From: Mustelus asterias
Lineage: Eukaryota
Assembly: GCF_964213995.1 (NCBI RefSeq)
Contig: NW_027590138.1
Coordinates: forward strand, 310,001 to 374,000
Length of the DNA stretch: 64,000 bases
Direction: 5' to 3'
Within the stretch, counting starts at the first letter, position 1. The number at the start of each line of letters is the position of its first letter. Under the pieces are notes generated by a model, which was not told where the DNA came from, searched no databases, and saw only the letters and a program-made list of their open reading frames with translations. The position numbers were made by a program, and so were the translations under genes. Positions 47,771 through 61,325 of the stretch are shown piece by piece.

Positions 47771-50018
47771 ACATTGGCAGTAAGATATGATTCAAAGTAT
47801 GACTGTGTCAGCCTGTTGCTTGACTGGACTGTTCGACTGTAGGAATAGTCATATTTAATAGTTTGTAGCTTAGTTATGTGTAATCATCAAGTAATTGAAG
47901 CTTATTAATCAATTAACCTGATGTGCTATTCTGCTGAATTATAATATATTAGTATCATGTAACTGGCTTTGTCTGTAACTGCATTCTCATTTGACAAGTG
48001 AAATACATCACATGACCCTAGGCCGGTGTAAAGCTTCACTTTTATACTTTAATTACAGAGTCCTGTGGATCCCATCAACTCTGGATGAGCTGAGGTCTGG
48101 AACTGTTAACTCCTCAGCCATTGACAATAACAGTTATACTTGAGTTAGAGGCCATATTGTGTGAAGAAACCAGCTGTGAAGTTTCAAACCTTCAGCACTG
48201 TATCGTAAATTAATGTATCCTTTTAACTTGTAATATCTTAAAAGAAGCAGTCACTTTCCTTCAGACTTTATAACTATCTTTGATTTGAAAAATTAAAGAT
48301 TTTAGTTCTCCAATCAGTTTTCATAGCGTAGTGGTTATTCTGACTAATTAGTTTTGAACATTTATCAATTGAATGTATTATGCTGTATTTATATGTGTTT
48401 CCTGCTATCTCACCTTTTACACACTGATTTGATGCCACTTTCTTTGGATTTCAGATCTGAAGTAACTTTGTAATTTCTGTATTAGTTTAAGGCTGTGTGT
48501 CATTTTGTGTCCTTTTAATTAACTGTGTTCCAAGATCTGGCAACCACTACAAAAACCAGCAAGCACTTTCTTTAACCAAAATATATTGAGAGTCACCTGC
48601 CCCAATGAGAACTCTACAGGATTCCTACACATCAATTAGACATTTGAGACAATGAACCCAAATGTTAACCATTGGGATTTGACACCATAAACTTGCTTAT
48701 CTCAAATAAGTGACAAAGAAGATATCTTTAGGCCTCCATTATCTCAGTACGAAGCCATAAAATTTAATAAAATGACAGGAAAGGTTATAGCGTGAGGCAG
48801 ACTCTGAAAGTAACTGATACATTAGAGGGCCAGTCAGGAGGTTGCAGGAAATGATCGGTAGATGACCATCACCATGAAGAAACCAATCAGAAACTGATTA
48901 CACACCACCGACATCAATCAGGGACATCTTTCTTGTGTCCAACCAAATAAACAAAATCAGCTTAACTTCGGGACAACTCAAAAGGGGCAGCTCCCTAAAA
49001 GGAGGGGAACTGCCCGAAACAAAAACAAAGCGGAAAGGAAACTTAAAACATCAAATTAAAATGTGATTAAAGGGGTCAATAATACACCCCAGTCCCTGCA
49101 GTGCCCAGCGGGCATGGAAGGCTTCAGTGGTGCCTTCGGACACTGCATGCTCCCTTTCCAGGGACACCTGGCCACGAATATAGCTGCGGTAGAGGGGGCA
49201 GACAGTCAGGTTGAAGACCCCTTCGATCGCCCTCTGCCTGGACCTGTAGATGGAATTAAATCAATCAGAGACTGATCATGTGAACCAGAGTTCAGGAACA
49301 CCATTGATCATGTACAAGGGGCTGTGTCCAGAAAAAGTTAATAAGTATCAGCTTTCAGCTGCCCGGTTCACAGCTCAGAGAAGCTGAGAAGGAAGAAGAT
49401 AGACAACAGTCTATCTGTATTATGTCACCCAGTGGCGGCATGTAGATGAGAAACAGGAGGGGCAAAGGATAAACACTTGGGGGACACCTAGTTCAGGGGC
49501 TTTGGAGAGGAAAGAGAGTTTGGAGATGGGGTAGCAGTTGGCAAAGACTGTAGGATTGAGTGTTTTTTTAGGATTGGTGATGACAGTGGATTTGAAAGTG
49601 AGAGGGACAGTGTGAGAGAAAAGAGAACCGTCAACAATATCACCCAATGTGGGGAAGTTGGAATCATGCAGTTTAGTGAGAGTAGGATTGATGGAGCACA
49701 AGGTAGGTCTCATGGACAAGATGCAGAGGGCATGAAGGGAGATAGGAGAGAAACTGGAGAAAGCTGTAGGTTCTGGGCTTGGGCAAGACGGAACTTTAGA
49801 CATAGTTTGTCCCGGTGAGCTTGTGGAAGGGAGGGAAGCAGAAGAGGCAGCTGATCAGATTGTCCCAATCTTACAAAGAAGCTCCATGAGCTCCTCACAC
49901 TTGTTGGGAGGTGAGGATGGAAGAGACAGGGGAGCGGGGGAACCCTTCAAAAGGAAATAACATATGTTAAAGATGTTAAAAGATTAAACACTGTTAACAC
50001 AAAGCTAATTTATTTAAA

Positions 50019-51131
50019 TTACTTGTGAATTTGCTGGTGTCTCAGAAGATTGGATGACTGAGTGAATCTCTTCCCACACTTGGGGCAGGTGAACGGCCTC
50101 TCCCTGGTGTGAACTCGCTGGTGTGTCAGCAGGGAGGATGACTGAGTGAATCCCTTCCCACACTGAGAGCAGGTGAATGGCCTCTCCCCAGTGTGAACTC
50201 GCTGATGTACAGTGAGGTCAGATGATGTCTTGAACCCAGCGTCACAGTGAGAGCACCTGAATGGTTTCTCGTCAGTGTGAACACGTTGATGGCGCATCAG
50301 TTCCCCAGAACTTTTAAAGCACTTCTCACAGTCTGGGCATTTAAAAGGTCTCTCCTCAGTGTGAACTCGTTGATGGTGGAGCAGTTGCCGGGAACTTTTG
50401 TAGCACTTCCTGCAGTCTGGGCATTGAAATGGTCTCTTCTCATTGTGAACACTCTGGTGATTCAGCAGAGTGGATAATTGAGTGAATCCCTTTCCACACT
50501 CAGAACAGGTGAAAGGTCTCTCCCCAGTGTGAATTCGCTGGTGGGTCCGCAGGTTAGATGACCGACTGAACCCATTCCCACACACTGAGCAGGTGAATGG
50601 CCTCTCCCCGGTGTGAATTCGCTGGTGCTCAGTGAGTTGAGATGATTGTTTGAACCCAGTCCCACAATGAGAGCATCTGAATGGCCTCTCGTCACTGTGA
50701 GCACGTTGATGGAGTATCAGGTCCCGGGAACTTTTATAGCACTTCCCACAGTCTGGACATTTGAATGGTCTCTCGTCAGTGTGAACTCGCTGGTGCGCCA
50801 TCAAGTCAGAGGACCGAGCAAATCCTTTCCCACACTCTGAGCAAGTGAAAGGTCTCTTTCCAGTGTGAACTCGCTGGTGTCTCAACAGGTTGCCTGACTG
50901 AGCGAATCCCTTCCCACAGTCGGAGCAATTGAAAGGTCTCTCTCCAGTGTGAACTCGCTGGTGTTGCAGCAGGCTGGATGAGCGAGAGAATCCCTTCCCA
51001 CACTTGGAGCAAGTGAATGACCTCTCCCCAGTGTGTCTGGGCTGATGAGTTTCCAGTTCACATGGAGATCTGAATCCCTCCCCACATTCCCACTGTTTTT
51101 CCCCACTGTGAACAGTGCCTTTTCCTTCCAT
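50019..51131 (-). CDS. C2H2 zinc-finger protein E (12 intact fingers + 1 degenerate)
   Basis: Uninterrupted [15 protein letters not shown]...HQQIHK; acceptor at 51241. Confidence 0.92.
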   Translation of the reverse strand: MEGKGTVHSGEKQWECGEGFRSPCELETHQPRHTGERSFTCSKCGKGFSRSSSLLQHQRVHTGERPFNCSDCGKGFAQSGNLLRHQRVHTGKRPFTCSECGKGFARSSDLMAHQRVHTDERPFKCPDCGKCYKSSRDLILHQRAHSDERPFRCSHCGTGFKQSSQLTEHQRIHTGERPFTCSVCGNGFSRSSNLRTHQRIHTGERPFTCSECGKGFTQLSTLLNHQSVHNEKRPFQCPDCRKCYKSSRQLLHHQRVHTEERPFKCPDCEKCFKSSGELMRHQRVHTDEKPFRCSHCDAGFKTSSDLTVHQRVHTGERPFTCSQCGKGFTQSSSLLTHQRVHTRERPFTCPKCGKRFTQSSNLLRHQQIHK

Positions 51132-51699
51132 GTTCAAAATTCACAAATATTCAGCTTACAATAAATTGGGTGACTCCATCTGATCCTGATGGGATGTTTG
51201 GTTTGAGTTTTCTGATTGGAAATCCTCCACTTCAGATAATCTAAAATTGATTTTAAACAGAAAAAAGGGGATGAGAAAGAACTCACAAAGGCAGGTTGTG
51301 AAATTGAGCTGAATGAATCTGGTCATTTATGGGGCTGGCACAAGGAAAAAGTGACCATGAAACCTGTTTGATCCTTTGTCAGAAGTGAAATGGTCACTAA
51401 TGTCCTTCAGGGAAGAAAGCCTGCCTCTGGTCTGAGTCTACACAAGGTTCTGGCCTCTGCAAGAACACAAGAAATAGGAGCAGGAATAGGCCATTCAGCC
51501 TATCGAGGCTGCTCTGCCTTTCAACCACATGTCATCATCATATTCAATGATGTAGCACCCTGGGCCAGAGAAATCTATGTTACAAGAGAGACAGAGAGAG
51601 AGACAGAGAGAAAGTAGCAAGAGACAGGGGCAAATGGGAGGCATTCTCTCGACCTAGAACTGAACCACAATCTCATAATCCCTCAACCTCCACCACCTG

Positions 51700-52297
51700 G
51701 ATGGACCTGGAGTATAAATGTTGGGGTCTGATGTTGCAGATATATAGAACGTTGGTTCGGCCGCATTTGGAATACTGCACCCAGTTCTGGTCGCCACACT
51801 ACCAGAAGGATGTGGAGGCTTTAGAGAGAGTGCAGAGGAGGTTTACCAGGATGTTACCTGGTATGGAAGGGCTTAGTTATGAGGAGAGATTGGGTAAACT
51901 GGGGTTGTTCTCCCTGGAAAGACAGAGGATGAGGGGTGACCTAATAGAGGTGTATAAAATTATGAAAGGCATAGATAGGGTGAACGGTGGGAAGCTTTTT
52001 CCCAGGTCGGTGGTGACGTTCACGAGGGGTCATAGATTCAAGGTGAGGGGGGCGAGGTTTAACACGGATATCAGAAGGACGTATTTTACACAGAGAGTGG
52101 TGGGGGCCTGGAATGCGCTGCCGGGCAAGGTGGTGGAGGCGGACACACTGGGAACGTTTAAGACTTATCTAGATAGCCACATGAACAGAGTGGGAATGGA
52201 GGGATACAAAAGAATGGTTGAGTTTGGACCAGGGAGCGGCGTGGGTTTGGAGGGCCGAAGGGCCTGTTCCTGTGCTGTATTGTTCTTTGTTCTTTGA
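51700..52297 (+). mobile_element. CR1 LINE 3' fragment
   Basis: LVRPHLEYCTQFWSP...RMRGDLIEVYK; TTCTTTG tail. Confidence 0.9.
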
Positions 52298-52429
52298 CCA
52301 GGGCAGCAAGAGTATGTGGACACCATCACCTGCAAGTTCCCCTCCAAGCTACATAGCATCCGAACTTGTCTGACATCCAAGGCTGGATGAGCAGAAATGT
52401 CCCCCATTTAAATACTAAAGTTAAAGCTA

Positions 52430-52705
52430 AAGTTTATTTATTAGTCACAAGTAAGGCTTTCATTAACACTACAATGAAGTTACTGTGAAAGTCCCCTAGT
52501 CGCCACGCTCCGGCACCTGTTCGGATCAATGCAGCTAACCAGCATGTCTTTCAGACTGTGGGAGGAAACCGGAGCACTCGGAGGAAACCCACACGGCCAT
52601 GGGGAGAACATGCAAGCTCCACGCAGACAGTGACCCAAGCTGGGAATCGAACCCGGGTCCCTGACGCTGTGAGGTGGCAGTGCTAACCACTGTGGCACCC
52701 ATGGC
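52430..52705 (-). mobile_element. SINE
   Basis: tRNA-like head at the 52705 end. Confidence 0.8.
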
Positions 52706-53239
52706 ACATATATTGACAAATGCTGATCTACAAACAAATGCTCACTGATCTACAATGCTTCATTTTAAGATGCACCAAGATTGTAAATTTCTTATCCTTG
52801 TTTTCCTCCATGGTTGCAATCATCCCAATCTCTGTAATCTCCTCCAGGCCCACACCCTCCGAGATCTCAGCACTCATCTAATTTTGAGCATTCCCGATTT
52901 TAATCGTTCCAACATTACTGATTTTGCCTATTTCAGAAGCTCTGGAATTCCCTCCTTAAACCTCTCTGATTCAGCACCTCACTTTTCTCAGTTAAGATTC
53001 TCCTTAAAACCTAATATCTCGTCATGTGACTCAAAGTCAATTGTTATTTCATAACATTTCTCTGAAATGTCTTCAAAAGTTTAATTCTATTCATGCACAA
53101 TATAAATACAAATAATGGTGACTGCCCTGGATATATATCATTGTTCTGCCTCATCAGTCAGAAACTGGAAGTGACAGAGTGAAACAGGCTGATAGAGATT
53201 CTCACTTGGAGATAATCAAAATTGTTGCCCCCAACAAAG

Positions 53240-53790
53240 GTGGCGGCGATGCGCACATTCTGCTGCTCCTGCCCCGAACAAAGATGGGGCCGCGCATGCG
53301 CTCTGCTGCTAATGCCTGGATAAAGATAGCGGCCGCTAAACCCAGCTCTGTGAGAAAGCTGCGGCCCCTGCTACAGGGAGGAGGCAACGGTTCACGGGAA
53401 ACGGTGGGGTATTTTTCCGCATTTGCGGTTTATGTAACGTGTTTACGGAACGTATCCAGTCACACCTGATCCGTGGTTCCCTTCGTCTCGCCATTCTCTC
53501 CGTTACGGATGGCAGATCCAAGGAACAAAATCTTGTCTCCGTCGCCATTAACTGGACTGCGCATGCTTCACTCACAGCCAAGCCCCGCCCCCTCATTCAC
53601 TCTGATTGGTTGGAGGACCAGCCGCTCCGATCGGTCCTCCAGTCCCGCCCTCTCTCCCTAATGGTCCCAAGCAGCTGTCAATCACTCCCTGGGCATTGTG
53701 AGGTCCCCGGGAGAGGGCAATGTCGGTGGGCGTGTTTAGTGCAATCTGGATTCTCAGCATTGGCGCGGGAGTGGGGACCTGACTGAAGTT
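53240..53790. promoter_or_regulatory. Bidirectional promoter between ZNF-E (-) and ZNF-F (+)
   Basis: NRF1-type motifs at 53292 and 53557; YY1-like AAGATAGCGGC; GC boxes; ATTGG; CTGTCAATCA at 53675-53684. Confidence 0.8.
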
Positions 53791-54649
53791 TACCAATTCT
53801 GAGGGACATGTTTTGCAGGAAACCTTTCCTCTTGTTAGAGGGGTCAGTAACCAGGCGGTTTGGCTCCTCTCAGAAAAACTCCACGCAGTCAGTTCTGGAC
53901 ACAAGGTCTGTTACTCTAGAATCATAAAATCCCTACAGTGCAGAAGGAGGCCATTTGGCCCATCGAGTCTGCACCCAGGCCCCATCTCCACAACCCCATG
54001 CATTCACCTTGCTCGCCCCCCGCCCCTCCCACCCAACACCAAAGGGCAATTTAGCATGGCCAATCCACCTAACCTGCACATCTCTGTGGACATCATTCTA
54101 TACCAAATTTGTCAAAAGCATACAGAAATAATTATCCATAACTTTATTTCGATTTCAGCCCAGGGAGGAGGGAGTGTGTGTGGGATGGGCATTTACAGAT
54201 TTGGGGGAACAACAGACAGAAACATATTCCAGAGAAGCTAGAATTGTCGGTTCTGCATCTTAATACTGGACTGACACTGGTTACATTTTAAAATTCATTT
54301 TACAGGAAAGGAGAACATTTGCATACAGGAAATTCAAATCAAACATCACATCAAGATCTGATACCCTCATATTATTCATCAGGATCTGAATATCATCAGC
54401 CTTAGGATGGAGAAAAACTTCATTTTCTAGATTCAATCTGTGGAAAAACCTTCCAAACATCAGTGTGATTAGAAAAAGCATCAAGATATACACCTGAGTG
54501 TTGCAGTGAAGTGAGTTTTGACTAGTTTCACAACCTGAAAAAAAACATTGTTCCAGTGACAGCGGGGGACTCGATAGTAAACTTATTCTGGATGTGAGCA
54601 ACGCTTCAACTGACTGTCCAACCTGAAGAGGCACAAGAGCTCTGGCTGT

Positions 54650-55404
54650 ATGGAGAAACCATGGAAATGTGAGGATTGTGGTAAAGGATTCAATTATCCA
54701 TTCCATCTGGAAATCCACTGACACAGCCACATTGGAGAAATCGTGGAAATGTGAGGACTGTGGTAAAGGATTCTATTCCCCATCCCTGCTGAGAAATCAC
54801 CAATGCATTCACACTGGGGAGAAGCCGTTCACCTGCTCTGTATGTGGGAAGGGATTCACTCAATTAGCCGGCCTCACATTACACCAGCGAGTTCACTCAG
54901 GAGAGACCATTCATCTGCTCCGAGTGTGGGAAAGGATTCACCAATTCATCCCACCTGCTGACACACCAACTTATTCACACTGAGGAGAAGCCATTTATCT
55001 GCATTCACTGTGGAAAGAGGTTCAGGTCCTCAGCCAACCTCACTGCGCACCAGCGAATTCACACTAGGGAGAAGCTGTACACCTGCTCCGTGTGTGGGGA
55101 GGAATTTGCCCAGTTATCCAGCCTCCAGTACCACCAGGAAGTTCACACTCAGGAGAGGCCATTCAACTGCAGTTCTTGTGGGAAGAATTTCAGATCTTCA
55201 TCCAACCTCATTGAACACCAGCGAGGTCACACTGGGGAGAGGCCAGTTATCTGCTCTATATGTGGGAAGGGATTTACAAAGTCCTCCAACTTGATGATAC
55301 ACCAGTGAATTCATACCGGGGATAGGCCATTTATCTGCTGTGTGTGGGGGAAGGGATTCACTGAGGCAGCTAAAGAGTGGAGACATCAGCGAGTTCACAA
55401 GTGA
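54650..55404 (+). pseudogene. C2H2 zinc-finger pseudogene F (~9 finger repeats)
   Basis: [10 protein letters not shown] start; TGA ~54719; frameshift ~54900; TGA ~55306. Confidence 0.88.
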
Positions 55405-56844
55405 CTGAAGGGATTGGATTCTGCTGTTGTTATTGCTGCTGTTTATCACATTCAGGATTGATAATCTGACAATATCTGGTTTGATTTTGCTGATGTTAAC
55501 AAACCCTATGGCTGGAGTTTAATATTCTGGAGATGTCACTGATTTTTGGGGCTGCAATGTCCCTTTTTAAACGCACGTCCTGTGATCTTTCTCCTAAATT
55601 CAAGAACTCAGGAACTGGTTTACAATAAAATAAAACTTTTACTTCAATCCTAAATTGATACAAAATCCAGAAGTCAATGTTTAAAAGGGTCCATTCATTA
55701 ACATCTCCAATTAGAAAGTGTTGATTAATCCTTGCTGACAATTACTGATTTACACGTTCTTCACAGTGACATTCCCATTCTGAAATGAAATTATCAAGGA
55801 ACATTGAACAAAATAGTGAAATATTTTACAGACACATCAATTAAAACTTTAACAATCAACATTGATATTGATGCAACTGGAAAGTCGCTGAGTTCAATAA
55901 TTTCTGACAGCAGCAGCAGCATTTGGTAAAGGTGGAAAACCCAACAAACCAAAAGAGAAAATGCTGGAAAATGTCAGCAGGTCTGGCAGCATCTGTAAGG
56001 AGAGAAAAGAGCTGACATTTCGAGTCCAGGTGGCCCCATACACAACAAAGACTGGTTTGAGACCCATTCAGCAGAGATGACGTGTCATTGAAGCAAAAAG
56101 CAAAGCCTACTTGATGGTACAACATAAACCCAACAGCTGGAACACTGTGTCACTTGAAAATAGCCAGGAAAAATGTGCAAAAACAGCGCGATACTGTGCC
56201 AATAACTCTGGATCTGCTGATAACAAGAAATTCAAAAACTGACAATGCTGAAAAATCTCGGCCGGTCTGATAGCTTCTGTGGAGAGAGAATAGAGCCAAC
56301 GTTTCCAGCCTGGATGACCCAGCTAGAAGAGAAGTGAACAATTGGTATTGAATCTAAAATGCTGCCAGCTGCTGCGCTGAGAAAAGTGAAATGTTCTAAT
56401 TACTGAGTGAAAAATGTACTTGTACCATATTTTACATTTAGTCTTGCTGGAAGCTCAAGGGTTTGTATTGCTGATTCTGATCATTCGAGTAGTGATGATA
56501 TGTAATCAAGAAATTAAAACAAGCTTGTAGTTTAGGAATGACTGGGTTAATCAGAAATCATTTGTGAGAAGTGAATAAGGATGGGGAAATCAGGAAACAA
56601 TTGCCACTTAATAAGTCTTAAATGTGTTGAATTTCTCAGACAGTGTAGACCGTTTATCCCAGCCAAAAACGCGTCTCTAGCACAGATCTGAAACAAGACA
56701 AACTTGATAGGGTGGGGTGATCATGGCCAAGACAAGCTTGATCGGGTGGGGTGATCATGGCCTCTGTGTAAACTCACTACATAAAGGTTAAACAGGATGT
56801 CGTAGCAAGCAATGAACCACAAAGTGACTGAAGAGACTTCCAAT

Positions 56845-57660
56845 GGGCTGACGAAAGGCAGATGGAGTTTAATTTAGACAAATGTGAAGTGATGCATTTT
56901 GATAGATCGAACCAGGGCATGACTTACTCAGCTAATGGTAAGGCATTGGGGAGAGTTATAGAACAAAGAGATCGAGGGGGACAGGTTCATAGCTCCTTGA
57001 AAGTGGAGTCACAGGTGGACAGATTGGTGAAGAAGGCATTCAACATGCTTGGTTTCATTGGTCAGAACATTGAATACAGGAGTTGAGACATCTTATTGAA
57101 GTTGTACAAGACACTGATAAGGCCATACTTGGAATACTGTGTCCAGTTCTGGTCACTATTATAAAAAGGATATTGTTAAACTAGAAAGAGTGCAGAAAAG
57201 ATTTCCTAGGATGCTACTGGGACTTGATGGTTTGAGATATAAAGAGAGGCTGGATAGACTGGGACATTTTTCTCTGGAATGTAGGAGGCTTAGGGGTGAT
57301 CTTATAGAGGTCTATAAAATAATGAGGGGCATAGATCAGCTAGATAGTCAATAATTTTTCCCAAAGGTAGGGGAGTCTAAAACTAGAGGGCATAAGTTTA
57401 AGGTGAGAGAGGAGAGATACAAGAGGGTCCAGAGGGGCAATTTTTTCACACAGAGGGTGGTGAGCATCTGGAACAAGCTGCCAGAGTTAGTAGTAGAGGC
57501 GGGTACAATTTTGTCTTTTAAAAAGCGGTTACATGGGTAAGATGGGTAAAGAGGGATATGAGCCAAATGTGGACAATTGGGACTGGCTTTGTGGTTAAAA
57601 AGAGGGGCGACATGAACAAGTTGGGCCAAAGGGCCTGTTTCCATGCTTAAACCTCTCTGA
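56845..57660 (+). mobile_element. CR1 LINE 3' fragment
   Basis: QMEFNLDKCEVMHF...RRLRGDLIEVYKIMRG. Confidence 0.9.
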
Positions 57661-58149
57661 CTCGAATGGAAATAGCAGGGAATTCACTGAACATCTGTCC
57701 CTTGCAAATGATAATTAAATAAATGATTGACATAAACACCAACACCAGCCACCAGCCCCCCCCCCCCCCCCCCCGCCACAGAAATAAGCTACTTAAATGG
57801 AATTTTGTGTGGGGAAATCACTTCAAACAACAAAGAGCTTCTCAAAGTGGGTAAAGGTGACTGAGACAGGAGATCGGCATCCTTCTAATCCAGAATCAGG
57901 AAACCATTCCGAGGAGAATATCACCTCCAGACACAGAGATCAGTACTTTCTTCATTTGGGATCTTACCTATTACAGGTTGTATGTCTTTTATGTATCATA
58001 TCTAAACTGTTGCTTCTTAATAACTGAGTGAAAAATCACCGGTGACTTCTATCCATTTTGTGGGTATTTCTGGTCATCTATAATCCCCCCAGACTAAAAC
58101 CTTACACTTGTCCATGACAGTAACTGAAATAATCGAGAGTAATGATGAG

Positions 58150-58590
58150 TTAGTTGTGGCTCAGTGGTTCCATTCTTATCTCTGAGTCAGGAGGTTGAGG
58201 GTTCAAATCCACATCCAGAAACATCAGCATCAAATCCAGGCTGATATTCTGATGCAGTTCTGAGGGAGCACTGCACTGTCACAGGTCCCATCTTCCAGAT
58301 GAGACCTTCAACCATGGCCCCATCTGCCCTCTTAGTTGGGTGTAAAACTCCCCAGGATGTTATTCCAAAGAGCAGAGAAGTTTATTGCTTAATATTTATC
58401 CCTCAACAATCATCACTGAACAGATTCTCTGCTCACAATCACATGTGTGTGGGATCTTGCTGTGCACAATTTGGGGACTGCATTTCCTACACTAAGGCAT
58501 TGATTACATTTCAAAGAACTTCATTGGCTGTAAAAGCACTTTGGGACATCCTGAAGTTGTGAAAGGCGCGATTATAAATATAAATCTTCC
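58150..58590 (+). mobile_element. Old SINE, probably Deu-domain (SacSINE1/AmnSINE-like)
   Basis: tRNA-like head; GGGATCTTGCTGTGCACAATTTGG core; GCACTTTGGGACATCCTGA...GTGAAAGGCGC L2-type tail. Confidence 0.6.
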
Positions 58591-59564
58591 ATTAAGGGGA
58601 AAAGACCCAACAATGGAACAATCAGTAACAGGACATCAATCAGTCTCCTCTTAGTGAAATCAAGGACTCCGACACTGAGTTTGTCACAAAGCTGATTTAA
58701 TTATATACAGATTATTAAACTCCAGCCCAGTTCCAGGGATTATTAACGTCAACTGAGAAAAAAAACTCCAAATGTCAGAATGAACACAGTTGAGTCCCGG
58801 ATGTGATTAAAGCAGAATCCAACCCCTGGAATCACTTGTTATCTCACTGGTGTGTCTGCAGGGTGAATGAGAATAAATTGCTTCTCTCTCACACTGCAGG
58901 TGAAAGGCCTCTCCAGTATCTGTGGGTTGGTGTCTCAGCAGATTACTATTTTCATATTAATTTACAGGATGTGGACATCTCTGTCCACATCCCATTCCGA
59001 GGAGATTATCACCTCCAGCGATCAGCGGAGATCAGTATTTCCTTCATCCGGGATCTTATCTATTACAGGTTGTATGTCTTTTATGTATCATATCTAAACT
59101 GTTGCTTCTTAATAACTGAGTGAAAAATCACCGATGACTTCTATCCATTTTTCAAACGCTCAGGCCAGCATTTATTGCCCCTTCCTCATTACTCTGTGAA
59201 GGTGGTGGTGAGCTGCCTTCTTCAATCACTGCAGTCCCTATGATGCAGGTACACGTGCTGTTAGGGAGGGAGCTTTTAAACCTCTTCTCACAGTCCAACC
59301 ATTTAAACAGTCTTTTCTCATTGTGAACAAGTTGATGTTCACTGAGATACAATGACTGAGTGAATCCCTTCCCACACATGGAGCAGGTAAACAGCCTCTG
59401 CTCAGTGTTGTGCTTGTGTTGCAGCAGATCCATTGCACTTTTAAATCTCGTCACAATCAGAACATCAAAACCATTTATTTTTCGGTCTGAACAAGTTGAT
59501 GTGAAATAAAGCTGCTGAACTGATTGAATCCCTTGTCTCACACGGAGCAGGTGAACATACTCCC

Positions 59565-60731
59565 TCAGTGGGAGTGCACTGGTGTTTTAGCAGGCTGGAT
59601 GACACTTCCCACACTCAAATCAGATGAATGGCCTCCCACCAGTGTGAACCCGCAGGTGTTCAGTGATTTGGGATGAAGTAGTGAATCAGTTCCCAGATGA
59701 AGAGCAGCTGAACAGCCTCTCTCAGTGTGAGTGGTTTGGTGTCTCTGCAGATTCCCTGCACTTTTAAAGCTCTTTCCACAGTCAGAGCATTTAAATGGTC
59801 TCTTATCAGTGTGAACAAGCTGATGGTTGCTGAGCTGTGATGACTGAGTGAATCCCTTCCCACACACAGAGCAAGCAAACGGCCTCTCCCCTGTGTGAAG
59901 AGGCTGGTGTTTCATCAGTTCATTTCTGCTTTTAAACCTCTTCCCACAGTCAGAACATTTACAGGGTCTCTCATCGGAGTGAACAATTTTGTGTCTTCTG
60001 AGGTAGGATAAACATGTGAATCCCTTGCCACATAGGGAGCAGGTGAAAGGTTTCTCCCCAGTGTGAAGACTCTGGTGTTCGCTGAGGTGAGATGTCGTAG
60101 TGAATCTCTTCCCACACTCAGCGCAGGTGAATGGTCTCTCTCCAGTGTGGATGTGCTGGTGTCGAAGAAGATGGGATGATTTAACAAATCCTTTCCCACA
60201 AAAGGAGCAAACAAACGGTCTCTCCCCAGTGTGAACACGCTTGTGTTCAGTGAGGGTGGAATACTGCCTGAAATGTTTCCCACACTGAGAGCAGCTGAAT
60301 GGTCTCTCCCCAGTGTGAACACGTTTGTGTTCAGTGAGGTGGGAAGCACAAGTGAATCCCTTCCCACACATGGAGCAGGTGAAGGGTTTCTCCCCAGTGT
60401 GAACACGTAGGTGTTCAGTGAGGTGAGATACTTGCCTGAAGTTCTTCCCACATTGAGAGCAATTGAATGGTCTCTCGCCAGTGTGAACCCGTTGATGGTG
60501 AATTAAACCCTCAGAACTCTTAAAACTGTTCCCACAGTCAGAGCATTTAAACGGTCTGTCCTCAGTGTGAACTCGCTGGTGTGACACCAGGCTAAATGAC
60601 TGAGCGAATCCTTTACCACACATACAGCAGATGAATGGTCTCTCCCCAGTGTGACTGCGTCGATGAATTTCCAGCTGAGATGGGGTTTTACACACTTTTC
60701 CACAGTCTTCACATTTCCACTGTTTCTCCAT
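59565..60731 (-). CDS. C2H2 zinc-finger protein G (12 intact fingers; frameshifted tail; relic fingers to ~59270 and at 58830-58945)
   Basis: ACCATGG Kozak; 388-aa ORF; acceptor at 61091. Confidence 0.88.
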   Translation of the reverse strand: MEKQWKCEDCGKVCKTPSQLEIHRRSHTGERPFICCMCGKGFAQSFSLVSHQRVHTEDRPFKCSDCGNSFKSSEGLIHHQRVHTGERPFNCSQCGKNFRQVSHLTEHLRVHTGEKPFTCSMCGKGFTCASHLTEHKRVHTGERPFSCSQCGKHFRQYSTLTEHKRVHTGERPFVCSFCGKGFVKSSHLLRHQHIHTGERPFTCAECGKRFTTTSHLSEHQSLHTGEKPFTCSLCGKGFTCLSYLRRHKIVHSDERPCKCSDCGKRFKSRNELMKHQPLHTGERPFACSVCGKGFTQSSQLSNHQLVHTDKRPFKCSDCGKSFKSAGNLQRHQTTHTERGCSAALHLGTDSLLHPKSLNTCGFTLVGGHSSDLSVGSVIQPAKTPVHSH

Positions 60732-61325
60732 GGTGCTGGTGTCTTTGTGTCTCTCCAGGTTGGATGATCTGTTAAATCCTCGTCCACACAGAACACGTGT
60801 ACGGTTTCACCTGACAGTAAATGGTGTGATGTTTTTCAGGCTGTGTAACTGGTTAAAGCTCTTTCCACAGTCAGTTCACTGGAACAGTCTCACTCCAGTG
60901 TGTGCATGTGTCTCGATGCTTCTCCAGTCACACTGATGTTTGAAATCTTTTCCCACAGGCAGAACAAACATTTTTCCTTCCACGTTCAAAGGCTAATAGT
61001 GTTTAGGTGCTGATAAATCGAATGATTGTAAAATATTCATATGAAATTTGATTTGAGTTTCCAGTCTGTGAATCTTCCCCTTCAAATATCCTGCAAAAGA
61101 AGAGAACAAAACTCCTGTCAGTCCAGGATCAAAATTCTGAACAGACAATTCTAGTTTCTCTGGAACATTTTTTCCGCTTGTTCCCCCAAATCTGTAAATC
61201 CCCGTCCCACACACTCTCCCTCCTCCCTGGGCTGAAATCCAAACCTATCTCACGATCTCCAACATTCTTTTCCTCCATTCCCAGTTTTCTCCCTCCCTCC
61301 CTCTCCTCTGTCTGGATTCAGTTCT

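Noticed and set aside
47790-49420. Possible LTR or DNA transposon (also 56500-58120)
   Set aside because: Repeat-like composition, but termini and target duplications could not be established by eye
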